From assembly GCA_009914755.4 (NCBI GenBank), contig CP068257.2:38208001-38272000 (forward strand): a stretch of DNA of 64,000 bases, written 5' to 3'. A program made the position numbers and the translations under genes. This document shows positions 25,691 through 38,275 of the stretch, piece by piece; within the stretch, counting starts at the first letter, position 1; each line of letters begins with the position of its first letter. The DNA is from the human T2T-CHM13v2.0 reference genome, Homo sapiens. The notes below the pieces were generated by a model. The model ran no database searches. It was not told the DNA's origin and was given only the letters and a program-made list of their open reading frames with translations.

Positions 25691-27884
25691 GGAAGGCAGG
25701 GGAATGGATTGGTTGGGAAGTAGTCTGTGCTGGCAGCTCTGTGTGCCCAGACACCCCGATACATCCATGTCTATGCAAAGACCATCTCTCAAGCACCAGG
25801 CCTTTTAGCGGCTGCTATGGTAGCCTCACTCTTTCATTTCTGAGTTGTGGGGCTTGGGCACTGTGCTCCCCACACGTGTCCATGTGCTGATCACTGGAAC
25901 CTGAGGATGTGGGGCCTTACATGGTGAAAAGGGACTATGGAGGCATGATTAAGTTAGGGATTTTGTGATGAGAAGATTTTCTGAATTATCTCGGTGGGCC
26001 CACTGTAGTTACAAGGGTCCTTAAGATGGAAGAGGGGACAGGAGGGTGAGAGAAGGGGATGAGACAGCCGAGGCAGATGTGGGAGTGACACCGGGCACAA
26101 ACCCAGGAAAGACCAGGGACATAGATTCTCTCCTGCAACCTCCACAAGGAATGCAGTCCCCCTGACACATTTTAGGCTGCTGACATCTGGAACTAAGAGA
26201 TATGGGATTTGTGTTGTTTTAAGGCACGAAGTTTGCAGTGAATTGTTACAGCAGCAATGAGAAATCAATACAGACAGTCCACTAAACCTCAGCTCATTTT
26301 GTATTTAAAAATGGGGCTAATTATGCCCAAATCATGATGGGATGAAGTGTTGTAAGGCTTGCGAACATGCTTTAGAAACTGAAACAACATACTTGGCAGT
26401 GGAAACTTTTATCGTGTGATCTTGTGATCTTTCTTTGATGCCAAGGGGCCATCAGGTATAGCCCTGGAGCCAAATCATGGGGCATTGATCACTTGATTTG
26501 TGTTTTTTGTGCCAATGCCATCCCATTGTTCAGTGGGGCTTACTGTATGTTCAAACAGCCAGCAGCCAAGGACAAGGGCAAACACACACACACAAAGATG
26601 ACAGAGGCTGAGACAGGCTGGCCAGGCAGAATCGCACTGTGGGGAGCTGAGGCTTTGGAGCAGACTGCCTGGACCTGCAGCTCAGCCTCCAGCTGCCAGC
26701 CCTGGCTGTGGGCAGTGCTTTCCAGTTGCCAGCCTTGGTTTCCTGAATAAGAAGTGCTGAGTACAGTGGCTGCTCCATAGGAATTGACAATTGTTATTAC
26801 CCACCCTGCATACATCCCCTGCTCCAGGGCACGACCTGTCATTCCCACCCTGGTCCAAGGTTTTCAGCACCCGCCTTCTCCCAGTTCTGCTGAGCTTGAG
26901 GCTGTGGAGGTGGCTGGCTGGTGGGGGACGGAACAGGGCCACCAGCTTCTCCAGGGGAAAGGCTATCCTCTTAGTGCGCATTGCAGATGTGAAAAAGAAA
27001 TGCCATCTTCCCAAATAAAATTAAATACAACCCAGAGGCCCCAGGACTGACCCTGGAAGGAGAATTAAGCTTTCTTTCCTTTTCCAGAGGACTCCGTCTT
27101 CCCTTGAGGTCTCTGTCTGGAACCCAGCTGCCCGTGTGGGCCTTTGGGTACATCGTTCCCTCTCTGCCATCTGTAGAAAAAAATCATCCTTTCCTGCAAT
27201 CTCTGCTGCTTTGGCAGGAAATTCATGTGCAAAAGACATCTAAAATGGCTGGATGGCATCACAAGGGGAATCAACCCAGAAGGAACAGGATCCTAAACAT
27301 TTGCATCTCAAGAGAGGGCTGGCAGCGGAGGCTCGCAGGGCCTGTCCTGTTTCCCGTGGAGTTTGACCTCATCTATTCTGGCTGTTAGACTGTGATGAAG
27401 ATGCAGACACTCCAGGATTCAGCAGCCTGGGGCTTAAAAAATAATGTCACGCTCCCTTGCAATGATCGGTTTTGGTCACTTCATCCCTCTTGGCCTCGGG
27501 GCTGGAAATGAACAGCTGTCCAAGAGACCTCCAGGAATCCCTGGGAGTCTCAGAAGGGTGGCTCCTGGGCTCATGCATGAGTGAGTTCTTGTGTCTCTTC
27601 TCTCTTTCCTCTCTGGCTCTGGCTCATTCTTATCCACAGCTGCTGCCTGCCAGTCATGTGCCACAGGTTCACCATGGCCAACTGCCACCATGAAAAGCAG
27701 CATCCAAGCTGAGGAGCTCTCTTGGGATGTGCTCAGGGAATCAGACCCTCCAGGTGCTGCCTCCTTCCCTTGGCAGGAACAGACCCTGCTCTGGTTCTGA
27801 GCTACTCTCTGCCAGGCAGCTCCCAAAGCAGCACTGCTCTGCATTCAGCCTTGCTACGTCTCCTTCAGATGGGCGCACTAGATA

Positions 27885-28160
27885 CTGAGTGATGATCATG
27901 CCTTGTCTAGGATCTCACCAAGACAGTTCATGAAAGAGACAGTGCAGCTCATGGAGGAGATGGTGCAGCTCACAGAGAGGATGGTGCCATCATGGAAAGC
28001 ATGGGGCAGTCATGGAGATGACGGAGTAGCTCATGGAGAAGATAATGCCATCATGGAAGGCATAGTGCAGTCATGGAGATGATGGTGCAGCTCATGGAGA
28101 AGATGGTGCCATCATGAAAGGCATGGTGCAATCATGGAGTAGACAGTGCAGCTGGGCCAA
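27885..28160. repeat. Minisatellite: ~3.4 tandem copies of a 61-bp unit that is itself built from three ~20-bp subunits
   Basis: The unit 'gctcatggagaagatggtgccatcatggaaggcatggtgcagtcatggagatgatggtgca' recurs starting at ~27968, 28029 and 28090 with point differences. The subunits are 'gctcatggagaagatggtgc', 'catcatggaaggcatggtgc' and 'agtcatggagatgatggtgc'. Confidence 0.8.
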
Positions 28161-29853
28161 GATTCTCCCTGACTAAGCTCTTCTCAGGCACCTCTGAGCC
28201 GTCGTCTTAACTAGGCCTCCAGCTTGGCTTGTGAAAACTGCAGACTCTCAGCACAAATGATTTGCCTCCTACATTAAGAGACTTAAATAAACACTTGCAT
28301 GGCTGTGTTTATTTAAACAGCTCAAGGCTGTGTCCCTGGGATGACAATGACTCCAGCCCCTAAAATTCCTGCTTGTGAAAGCTCATTGCTGACAGAAGGA
28401 TCTACCATTTGTTCCAGCCAACACCTGGTGGCAGGCAGATAGGCCCTGAGCCCCATTTAAGAGCAGTTCCTTTAGAAAGCTTGCAATTGTAAATCTTTTC
28501 TCTGCCCATTTGAGATGTAAATCTTCTACCACCTAGAACTGTCTTCTCAAGGACCTGTGAGCTGACTCACTGAAATGCAAACATTCAGGGAGATAACTCC
28601 ACTCCTGTCCCCATGCGATGGCGAGGCCCTGACTTTGGTGGGCACCTTGCTCTTATTTGCACCACCACCTCCTGTCCTAAAGACATGAGACGTTTGTCTC
28701 TCCTCTGGATAAGTGCCTATTAACCAACCCAGGTGTCCTGGTCACATGAACCAGTCCAGCCTAGCACCTGGCACTGCCTTTCCCTCAGCACACTCCAGTC
28801 TGTAAAAGTCTCCTTATGGTTGTTTTGGCAAAGTTGAGCTTAGTTAATGCTAGACCCCTTCTCTACTGCAATAGTTACTGCTGAATAAAGTCTATCCTTA
28901 CCACTTTAACTAGTGTTGGGCTTTGTTTCTCTTTCATAAGCTCATGGAGAAGACAATGCAGTTCCATCAAGTTTCTGGCTCTTACACTGCTAACAGTCAG
29001 CTCTGGGGTCCCTGAGAGGGACAGACTCACACCACCCGCTTCATCCAGGTGCCGTCAACGTTCCTGGTTCCTCTTTGGTTCCTCCTCACTGCAAGAAGTC
29101 TCACTCTACCTGAAGCCTCAAATCAGAGCCCCTTCACATGCGGATACGGTGAACAGATCTTAGCCATCGTGGGATCAGGAGCTCAGGAGTTTGAGATCAG
29201 ACTTGACAACATAGTGAGACCTTATCTCACTATGTTCCTGAAGTCAGGGACTAGGGATCCAGTCTTTTGTTATCTCCTTGTTTCCCATGCTTCTGGGTCC
29301 AGAGAGAGAGAGATTCCCTTTTGTCTGTTTTGGGAATATACAGTCTGGGTTTCCTGACTTCCTGGGCGAGTGACCCCAGAGCTATCCTGGCACAATACGA
29401 TAACCATCCCCCAGAGAGACAGGATGGCTCCAGCCACAGATGGGTGACTCATCCCTGGCAGGTGTCCCCGGGCCAGGGCTTGGGCAGCCAGTACCAGTGC
29501 CCGTGGATCCCCTCCCCACCGCCATTAACTTACTAGTTCAGCCCAGCTTTCTCCCGTAAGAATTCTCCATGCCTAGTAGGACGATCCAGGGCGTCATAAG
29601 ATGCAGCTCTTCTTCTTCAGACTGAGGCCCCTGATTACCTTACTTCTCTCCCTCGCTGTGCAACCTGGTCTCCTGCCTCGCAGGTGCTGACCTAGCTGTC
29701 TCTTCCTAACTCCTCTAATCTGATGCATGATTTGCTTACTCACAATCTAATATCTTTTCTGTAACTTGTCTCTGGGCCTCTTTCCCTCTTCTGCACTCAG
29801 TGATTCTTGGGGAGACCTTTTGGGTAATCTCCCCTGACTCTTCTCCTCTATGT

Positions 29854-30190
29854 CTTTTTTTCTTTTCTTTTGTTTTTTTCTTCTTCTTTTTTTTTTTTTT
29901 TTTGTTGAGACAGGGTCTTTCTGCGTAGCCCAGGCTGGAGTGCAGTGGCATGATCATGGCTCACTGCAGCCTTGACCTCCCGGGCTCAAGAGCTCCTCCC
30001 GCCTCAGCCTCCTGAGTAGCTGAGACTGCAGGTGTGCGCCACCGCACCCTGCTAATTTTTTTAAATTTTTAGTAGAGATAAGGTCTCACTATGTTGCCCA
30101 GGTTGGTCTCAAACTCCTGAGCTCAAATGATCCTCCTGCCTTAGCCTCCCAAAGCGCTGGATTTACGGGCATGCGCCACTACACCCAGCC
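29854..30190 (-). mobile_element. Full-length Alu (minus) with a degenerate T-rich tail, flanked by an 8-bp TSD
   Basis: '...tttttttttttttttgttgagacagggtctttctgcgtagcccaggctggagtgcagtggcatgatcatggctcactgcagcc...ctcccaaagcgctggatttacgggcatgcgccactacacccagcc'. The direct repeat 'tctatgtc' lies at 29846-29853 and 30196-30203. Confidence 0.9.
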
Positions 30191-31555
30191 TTGTTTCTAT
30201 GTCTTGACCCCACTCTCCCATCAGTCTCTTCTTGTCCCTGGTTCTCTCAATGCAAATTTTCCACACAAAGAGTGCACTCACCTTCCACAGCCTCTCCTCC
30301 CTCTCCACTACAGAACCCTTCCCTTCTCCCAAAGTGAATGTCCCTTCCTGCAGCTATTTATCCATCTCTGGTCCTCTGGACTGGTATTCTTGAATGTTTC
30401 TGCCCCACTCCTATGGTAGTTCTAGTTTTTTATGAAGTTTCAGGTATTTTTTCTGTGACCCTAGAGATCAGGGATGCCAGGACCTCAAAGAATGATATGT
30501 CCCTATGGACAATATGAAAGGCATTACAATTACTGTTAAAGGATATGTGTTTAATGCAGAGTGGACAGTGAGCTTGTCCACACCCGAATGTCTTGGGTAG
30601 GGATGATGCTATAGATGACATTCTGGCTTTTGGAATATTCAGGCCAAAGTAGGGTCATTGAATTAAATGTTGTAACCCCGAATATCTTTGGATGAAATTC
30701 ACAGGAACGTGGTTGCAAAAGCTATTTTTTAGAAGAGAAATAAAAGTGGTTTTTTTTGGCCAATTTCTCTTTACGATGAAAATGCTTTTGCCTTTTGGGA
30801 TCCAAATATATGCTGGCATTTATGCATTTTTCAGCTTCGTTCTCCACAGCTGTGCCTTGGTTGAAACAGCTCATGCATGTGGCTGGTAACCCTGGCGCCG
30901 CCCTGGTGGAAACCTTGCCACACAGTAGGACTTGTAGGTCCCCACCTCGCTGCAGCTTAATTAGGGAATTACATTTTTCTGAAGACTTTTGGTTGACTGA
31001 ATTTAATAGACTGAGGAGTTTTTTAATGTTATTATATTGGTAATAAGTTCTTCAGTATGATTTAATATTTGAAATTATTTAAAGCAAGGATTCATATTAA
31101 CAGGAATGAACTTATCACCTTTTATGCTAATGTTTTACGGTCTTGAAATAACTGAAATGATATGAATCTTTTGCAGGACATCAATTCTGGATATCGTTTT
31201 TGCTTTCATTTGGAAAGATGTTGGCATAGTTTCACAGTATTTTATTGACGAAAGCATTAAGTCTACATAGGAGTAACTATTAATAGTTCTTCTTTTGTGA
31301 CCCATTTGAATGCTGTACAATTTCACCCAGTAGCCACTGGGAGTGTACTGTGGTGGGTTTACTTTACATCTACCCCTTTCTCTAGCTTCCACCCATAACA
31401 CACAAACATAGGCACACACGTACACACTTTTGTCTTGTTTGATTGTCTGACATAATTCTTAATACAGGAAAATGACCATTTTTGAGTATGGAAGACAAAT
31501 GGTTTCTACCATATTGATATATCCAAGGTGGTGGGGGAAAACCATGATGAAACTT

Positions 31556-31612
31556 TTTTTTTTTTCCCCCAGAGACAGGGTCTCATTCTGTCACCCAGGC
31601 TGGAGTGCATCT
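31556..31612 (-). mobile_element. Short Alu 3'-end fragment (minus)
   Basis: 'tttttttttttcccccagagacagggtctcattctgtcacccaggctggagtgcat'. Confidence 0.6.
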
Positions 31613-33484
31613 GCTCTATGTCCAGGATCATAGAGCAGAGGCATAGGAGGGAGGGTCTAGTAATTACATCTTCTTTGCCTTTAGTTTCTATGAAATAAAT
31701 GGATTGTGGTTTTTACCTTTTTTTTTTTTTGCATGCCTAGTAATTTTGGATGCCAGATGTGAATTTCATATTTTGGGGTACTAAATTTTATCATATTCCC
31801 TTAAAGAGTGTTGGATTACTTACTTTTCTTGCATGCAACTAAGTAACCTTTGGACAAGTCTGATTCTGCTGAGGTTTGATCTGAGGCTTTGTCATGGTGA
31901 GTCAAAGACTACGTTAATTCTAATAAGAAGACGGGTGGAGCCTCTACCCCATGCCTGAGTGTTTTGAGGTTGCTTCTTTTTGGCTGGTGGGAAGATGAGT
32001 GATTCCAATTCCATGGGAGCTCTGGGAATTATTCATGGAGCTTTTTCTTGAGCTTGGATGGTTTCCTTCATTTTGGCTTCAGGGAATTTTCTCGCACAGA
32101 TCGGTATTCAAAGACTCAAGGAAATGCTCTGAAGACCTCTGCAGCTCTCTCTCTGCAGCTCCCTTCTTTTTGCTATTGAGTCTTGCAAAATTAGTCTCCC
32201 TGGTGTCCCCTGGTGGAGGTGATGACCTCATTGCCTTTTCCAGATTTACATGGTATACCCACTCTAGTATGCCTCTGTCATACCTCTGTTGACATAGAGT
32301 GGGCCCGTGTTCCAGGTGATGCTACTCAGTGTCCTGTATCAGTGGGTCACACACGGAGCCTCAGGTGGTGCTGCTGCATTTGGATCGATAGAGGCTTGTG
32401 GATTGGAAAGGAAACGCACACTAGAATATGTGTCAATTCCAGTCAAGGTGGATTATTGCCTCTTCTGGGGTAGAAGGACTTTAATGACCTCAATTTGAAA
32501 CCAAAAGCTGGTCTCCTTGAAAGCTGGTGCCATGTCAGGGGCTCAGACCTTCTGATCCTCCTTCCTGGCTGTGAAAGGAAGGGAGGTATTTTCCAGGTCA
32601 CTGACCACATACCATGTACCTGGAGCCATGTTGCTCTCCTCTAGCAAAGATGCAGCAGATGCAGTTGGGGCTGCCACTCGACTGAGTTTGAAGCACTCCA
32701 CTGACATCCTTCAGGCTGTCTGGTTTCTGTAGAGCCCACACTGGTGAATTAAATGAAGATGGGGTTCATCACCACCCCAGCTTCTTGTGGGTATGTAAGA
32801 GTGACCTTAATCTCTGCCATTTCATTGGGATGTGATATTACTTTTTATTTATTATTTTGGCTGGAGCAAGGACAGTTCAGAGCTTCTACTTAGCCTTCCC
32901 AACTAAGAACACTCTTATGCCACAAGCCATGAGTCTAATATGGATGTTCTGTCAACTGTCCAATACATCTATTTCCAGTCCATCCACTTTGTACCTGTGC
33001 CAGGATCCCATCTATACTCGACCCCTGGATGCCCCTTCTCTAACAGGAAGGCCAACGCTTTGGATCCCCCTTTCCACTTGGATTCTACAGTTAAAAATCT
33101 TCAAGATGTTTGAGTGTTCTCCTTCCCTGGTGCATTGTTACTCAAGGAGATGTCTATGGGTCCTTTTGAGGAAGAACTAGGAAAATTACTACTGCATACA
33201 GTAGGCTTGATGTTGGTAGATCCTTTCTCCTGGGGACTTGGCTTTCTGTCAATTGCTTCTGGATCTGAAAACTGGTTCAGATCTAAAAATAGAGCAAGGA
33301 ATCTTGACTTCTTATTGAGATGTTGGCTCTCAGCCCCTTGATTGTCCATCTTTGGTTTCTTGTATAGATTTATAGATCTTTGTATAGGTGTGTTTGTATA
33401 GCTCAGGTTTTCTCAATCTTGGCACCATTAACATTTTGAGCCAGATCATTCTTTGCTGTCAGGGGCAGTCCTGAATACTGTAGG

Positions 33485-35750
33485 TGTAGTAGTCCATTCT
33501 CATGCTGCTATAAAGAAATACTCGAGACTGATATTTTATAAAGAAAAGAGGCTTAATTGACTCACAGTTCTGGATGAGTTGGGAGGCCTCAGGAAACTTA
33601 CAATCATGGCAGAAGGCACCTCTTCACAGGGTGGCAGGAGAGAGAATGAGTGCCAAGCAAAGAGGGAAAAGCCCCTTATAAAACCATCAGATCTCATGAG
33701 CACTCACTCACTATCACAAGAACAGCATGGGGGTAACTGCCCCCAAGATTCAACTACCTCCCACCAGGTCCTTCCCATGACATGTGGGAATTAGGGGAAC
33801 TACAATTCAAAATAAGATTTGGGTGGGGAAACAGCCAAACTATACCATGCCTCCCCTGGTCCCTCCCAAGTCTTATGTCCTTACATTTCAAAACACAATG
33901 ATGCCTTTCCAACAGTTCCCCAGAGTCTTAACTCATTCCAGCATTAACCCAAAAGACCAAGTCCAAAGTCTCATCTGAGACAAGGCAAGTACCTTCTGCT
34001 TATGAGCCTGTAAAATCAAAAGCAAGTTAGTTACTTCCTAGATACAATGGAGGCACAGGCACTGGGTAAATATACCTGTTCCAAATTGGAGAAATTGGCT
34101 AAAACAAAGGGGCTACAGGTCCCATGCAAGTCTGAAATCCAATAGAGCAGTCATTAAAGTTTAAAGTTCCAAAATAATCTCCTTTGACTCCATGTGTCAC
34201 ATCCAGGTCACCTCGTTGCAGGAGGTGGACTCCCACAGCCTTGGGCAGCTCCACTCCTGTGGCTTTGTGGGGTACAGAACTTCCTCCCAGTTGCTTTCAC
34301 AGACTGGGGTTGAGTGTCTGCAGCTTTTCCAAGTGCACAGTGCAAGCTGCTGGTGGATCTACTATTCTGGGGTCTGGAGGACAGTGGCTCTCTTCTCACA
34401 GCTCCACCAGGCAGTGCCCTGTGAGGACTCTGTGTGTGGGCTCTGGCCCCACATTGCCTTTCCACACTGCCATAGCAGAGATTCTCCATGAGGACTCTGC
34501 CCCTGCAGCAGATTTCTGTCTGGACATCCAGGTGTTTCCATACATCCTCTGAAATCTAGGTGGAGGTTCCCAAACCTCAGTTCTTGTCTTCTGTGTACCT
34601 GCATGACAGACACCAAGTGGAAGCTGCCAAGGCTGGGGGCTTGTGCCTCTGAAGCAATGACTCGAGCTCTACCTTGGCCCCTTTTAGACATGGCTGGAGC
34701 AACCGGTATACAAGACACCAAGTCTCGAGGCTGCACACAGCAGGGGGCGGCCCTGGACCCAGCTCAAGAAACCATTTTTCCCTCCTAGGCCTCTGGGTCT
34801 GTGATGGGAGGGGCTGCTGTGAGGGTCTCTGATATGCCCTGGAGACATTTTCCCCATTGTCTTGGCAATTAACATTTGGCTTCTAATTATTTATGCAAAT
34901 TTCTGCAGCCAGCTTGAATTTCTCTCCAGAAACTGGGTTTTTCTTTTCTATTACATCACCAGTCTGCAAATTTTCCAAACTTTTTTGCTTTGTTTCTTCT
35001 TGAATGCTTTGCCGCTTAGAATTTTTTTCTGCCAAATACCCTAAATCATCTCTCAAGTTCGAAGTTCCACAGATCTCTAGGGTAGGGGTAAAATGCTGCC
35101 AGTCTCTTTGCTAAAGCATGACAAGAGTTACCTTAACTCCAGTTCCCAACAAGTTCCTCATCTCCATCTGAGACCCTCAGCCTGGACTTCATTGTCCATA
35201 TCGCTACCAGCATTTTGGTCAAAGCCATTCAACAAGTCTCTAGGAAGTTCCAAATGTTCCCACATTTTCCTATCTTCTTCTGAGCCCTTCAAACTCTTTC
35301 AAACTCTGCCTGTTACCCAGTTCCAAAGTTGCTTCCACGTTTTCAGGTATCCTTATAGCAGCACTCCACTCCTGGTACCAATTTACTGTATTAGTCCGTT
35401 TTCACACTGCTATGAAGAAATATATCCAAGACTGGGTATTTTAAAAGAAAAGAGGTTTAATTGATTTGTAGTTCTGCATGGCTGGGGAGTCCTCAGGAAA
35501 CTTACAATCATGGTGAAGGCACCTCTTCACAGGGCAGCAGGAGAGAGAATGAGTGCCAAGCAAAGGGGGAAAAGCCCCTTATAAAACCATCAGATCTCAT
35601 GAGAACTCATTCACTATCCTGAGAACAGCATAGGGGTAACTACTCCCAAGATTCAACTACCTCCCACTGGGTCCCTCCCATGACATGTGGGAATTATGGG
35701 AACTACAATTCAAGATAAGATTTGGGTGGGGGCATAGCCAAAGCATATCA
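33485..35750 (-). mobile_element. Full-length THE1/MST-type MaLR retrotransposon-like element (minus): 3' LTR 33485-33847, internal region 33848-35386, 5' LTR 35387-35750
   Basis: Both LTRs begin with 'tgta(g/t)tagtcc(a/g)tt(c/t)tca...ctgctat(a/g)aagaaata...gactg...tattttataaagaaaagagg(c/t)ttaattga...tcaggaaacttacaatcatgg' and end '...catgacatgtgggaattagggg(a)actacaattcaa(a/g)ataagatttgggtgggg...agccaaa...ata(c/t)ca'. That is the reverse complement of the THE1-type LTR ('TGATATGGTTTGGCTGTGTCCCCACCCAAATCTCATCTTGAATTGTAGCTCCCATAATTCCCACGTGTTGTGGGAGGGACC...TATAAATTACCCAGTCTCGGGTATGTCTTTATTAGCAGTGTGAGAACGGACTAATACA'). The two LTRs are ~363 bp and differ by roughly 10% by eye. The internal region looks MaLR-like. 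Confidence 0.8.
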
Positions 35751-35759
35751 GCAGGATAT

Positions 35760-37900
35760 TTAGCAGCATCCCAGCTCTCTACACGCTGGATATCATTTAC
35801 GTCCTCTTAGTTCAGATGGTAATAACTGAAAATATTTTCCCTCAGCTGTGACAACAAAAATGTCTCCAGACATTGCCAGTGCCTCCCTAGGGAGAGAAGA
35901 GGAAATGCCCTGCTCCTCCTTTGGGAACCACAAGGGTAGATTGAGGGCTTTACTTGTTGGCTGCCCTCTGTCTTGTTGGTATGGGTGCTGTGTTCTATTA
36001 ACATCTATTACCATAGCTTGGTGTAAGGCCAGCCTGCTGCCTGCCCTTTTATGATTATTGCACCCACCTTGCTTTTGATGGGTGATTGTTGCCACCCAGC
36101 CTCTATTATTTCTAGATCCTGCCATGCCTGTTGCTATCAGGGAGCCTGGTTCTGTAGTGGCTTCCCCTATGCCCAGTCCTGTCCTGCAGATGATGGACAC
36201 CACTGTGTTACTCATTACTTTTGAGGTCCCTCTATTAGCACGTCCCTTGTTGCTTTGGTAAAGGCAATGCCCTCATCGCACTTTTCCAGACTTTCATGGT
36301 GTATCCACTGTGGCATGCTCTCAACTCTAGGCCCTTGGTTCCCACATCCACTTGTTGCCATGGCGGGTCTGGCATTTTGGCCTCAGTCAATATGGGCACC
36401 ATCTTCTTCAATGTTCCAAAAGCCACCCTAGCAGCTTTTAGGTATCTTCTCCTGAGGTCTTTCCTAAAGTGTTAAGTCCTGTATCATCAGATAGTTTTCC
36501 TGTATCAATGAACTTTCTCTTGCCCAACTTCATTTTCTGCTCCTGCTCCTGCTCCTGCTAGTGCCTTCCTGCCTTGATCTGATGCTTAATTCCAGTCTTC
36601 TACACATTCTTTGTACATGTTGGCCAAGTCCTGAAGGTCCTTTGGGGAGAGCCCTTTCCTCCACTATCAGGCTTAGAACTCTTCCCCACAAGCTTATGGG
36701 TGATTCTAGCTTAGTCATGAGTTTGTTGGGCATGAGGGAAGGTGAGAATTCTCTTGGGATAGGTGTGTATTATCCTACCAGACAGAGACTCTGCATCATC
36801 TTCAAGCACCAGGGGCACTAGCCTTCGACAGGGAGAAGGCCAATCTTGCAAGCCCAGAGGCATCAGAGGGATCTGGGAATTTGAGATCTTCAAGCACACC
36901 CACCCATGACTCAGCATCCATTTCTGTTTCAATCAGGCCCTGACCTTGGCCCAGCACACCTGCTGACACTGAGGATTTAGATTTGTGTGGTGTTCTGCTA
37001 GGCTCATGATAAGGCTTGGGCCTTTCTTCAGGTTCCTCTGCCTGCAGCCCACAGGAAATAAGAGTCTTCTTTACTTTTATAAAATAAGCCAGAGCTTCCA
37101 AAATGGGCCTGGGTTTCATACTTAGCCTTGAGTTCCTAATGAATCACCCCCAGCCTTGCTTTATTTCTGTCTATAGCCTTGATTTCCGCAGCAGCAGCTA
37201 AATGATTTCATTGTCTTTATAACTACCCTTTCCCCCATATTTCTTGGCTATCTGACTCAGCCACGTCATGGTTCCCACATCGTGCATGCTTTCCACAGGT
37301 ATAGCACCCCACTTCCCCAGGGTGAGCGCCCTAACACCTGCACACTGCTGCACTTCAGTGGGGCTCCATGCTGCACCTGCACGCTGCACTGAGGGTCCAC
37401 ACTTTCAGCTGGCTGGCAGGTGATCCAGATCCAAGCCCTGTGCCAAGGTCTGCTTTCCTCCCACTGCTCCTGATGTGACTGTCAGGTCAGTTTCCTGGAA
37501 GCTGCCTCTAAGGTGGAGATGAGAATGCAGGGTGATACTGAGCCATGCCTTGTAATGATACTGTGTGGCAGTGAATGGGGCAGGATGGGGCAGAGACAGA
37601 ACTCAGGCCATGATTGAGGCAGAGCAATGCCTCCGTGGATCCTACAACAAGCTTTGGAGATGGAATGGAAGATTCTGCAGAGTTGTTCCAAATTGGGACC
37701 AGGGGGCCAGGCCTTTTTTGGATATGTTCTGCCCCCTGCATAGCTCCCTTTGGCTGACAGCAATCTCTTTAGGGGCTCAGAATTGAGAGTTGGGTCCATC
37801 ACCAACACTCTCAGCAGGTGGGACAATGAGTACTTCAGTCCCCAGAGGGTGGGGGATTGGGGTGGTCCACTATGGAGTCCAGCACAGAAACCAACTTTAG
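35760..37900 (-). mobile_element. Possible ERV/MaLR internal-region remnant (minus): a chain of consecutive short minus-strand ORFs
   Basis: Head-to-tail minus-strand ORFs lie at 35793-36215, 36235-36426, 36530-36733, 36711-36932, 36802-37119, 37198-37389 and 37482-37826. That is the pattern expected from one decayed long reading frame. The region is bounded at high coordinates by an MLT1 LTR in the same orientation (37912-38275). I did not recognise the protein. This call is inference. Confidence 0.3.
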
Positions 37901-37911
37901 CTCTTGGTCAG

Positions 37912-38275
37912 AGGTCTTAGTCACCTCAGGATGCCTTAAAAGAATACCACAGTCGGGAGGGTCAGCAACAGAAAATTACATTCTAACAGTTCTGGACGCT
38001 GGAAATCCAAGGTCAAGGTGCCAGGGCTGGCTCCTTCTGAGATCTCTCCCCTTGGCTTTTTCTCCCTGTGTCTCCACAGGGCCGTCCCCCTGTGCATGTC
38101 TGTGTCTCAAGCTCTTCTTCTTATAAGGACACCAGTCATAATAGATTAGGGTCCAACACTTATATACCTCATTGAACCTTAAACCTCATTAGAGGCCCTA
38201 TCTCCACATGCAGCTGTGTTGGGGGGCGGGCCTTCAGCATATGAATTTTGCAGGGACACGATCTGGTCTGTAGCT
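37912..38275 (-). mobile_element. MLT1-type MaLR LTR (minus)
   Basis: '...ttctaacagttctggacgctggaaatccaaggtcaaggtgccagggctggctcc...cttcttataaggacaccagtcataatagattagggtccaacac...ctatctccacatgcagctgtgttggggggcgggccttcagcatatgaattttgcagggacacgatctgg' is the reverse complement of the MLT1 LTR. Confidence 0.7.

Noticed and set aside
25408-25808. Cluster of overlapping ORFs on both strands with poly-HT / poly-CV composition
   Set aside because: They arise entirely from the (GT)n microsatellite at 25577-25690. They are low-complexity with no start context.
27885-28160. Possibility that the 61-bp tandem array is a CRISPR array
   Set aside because: Adjacent units are near-identical with no unique spacers between them. 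The context is eukaryotic with Alus nearby and no cas genes. This is a minisatellite.
29130-29160. 'cggatacggtgaacagatct' as a possible retroviral primer-binding site downstream of the LTR-like region
   Set aside because: It does not match the canonical tRNA-complementary PBS sequences (TGGCGCCCGAACAGGGAC and similar) closely enough. The resemblance is probably coincidental.
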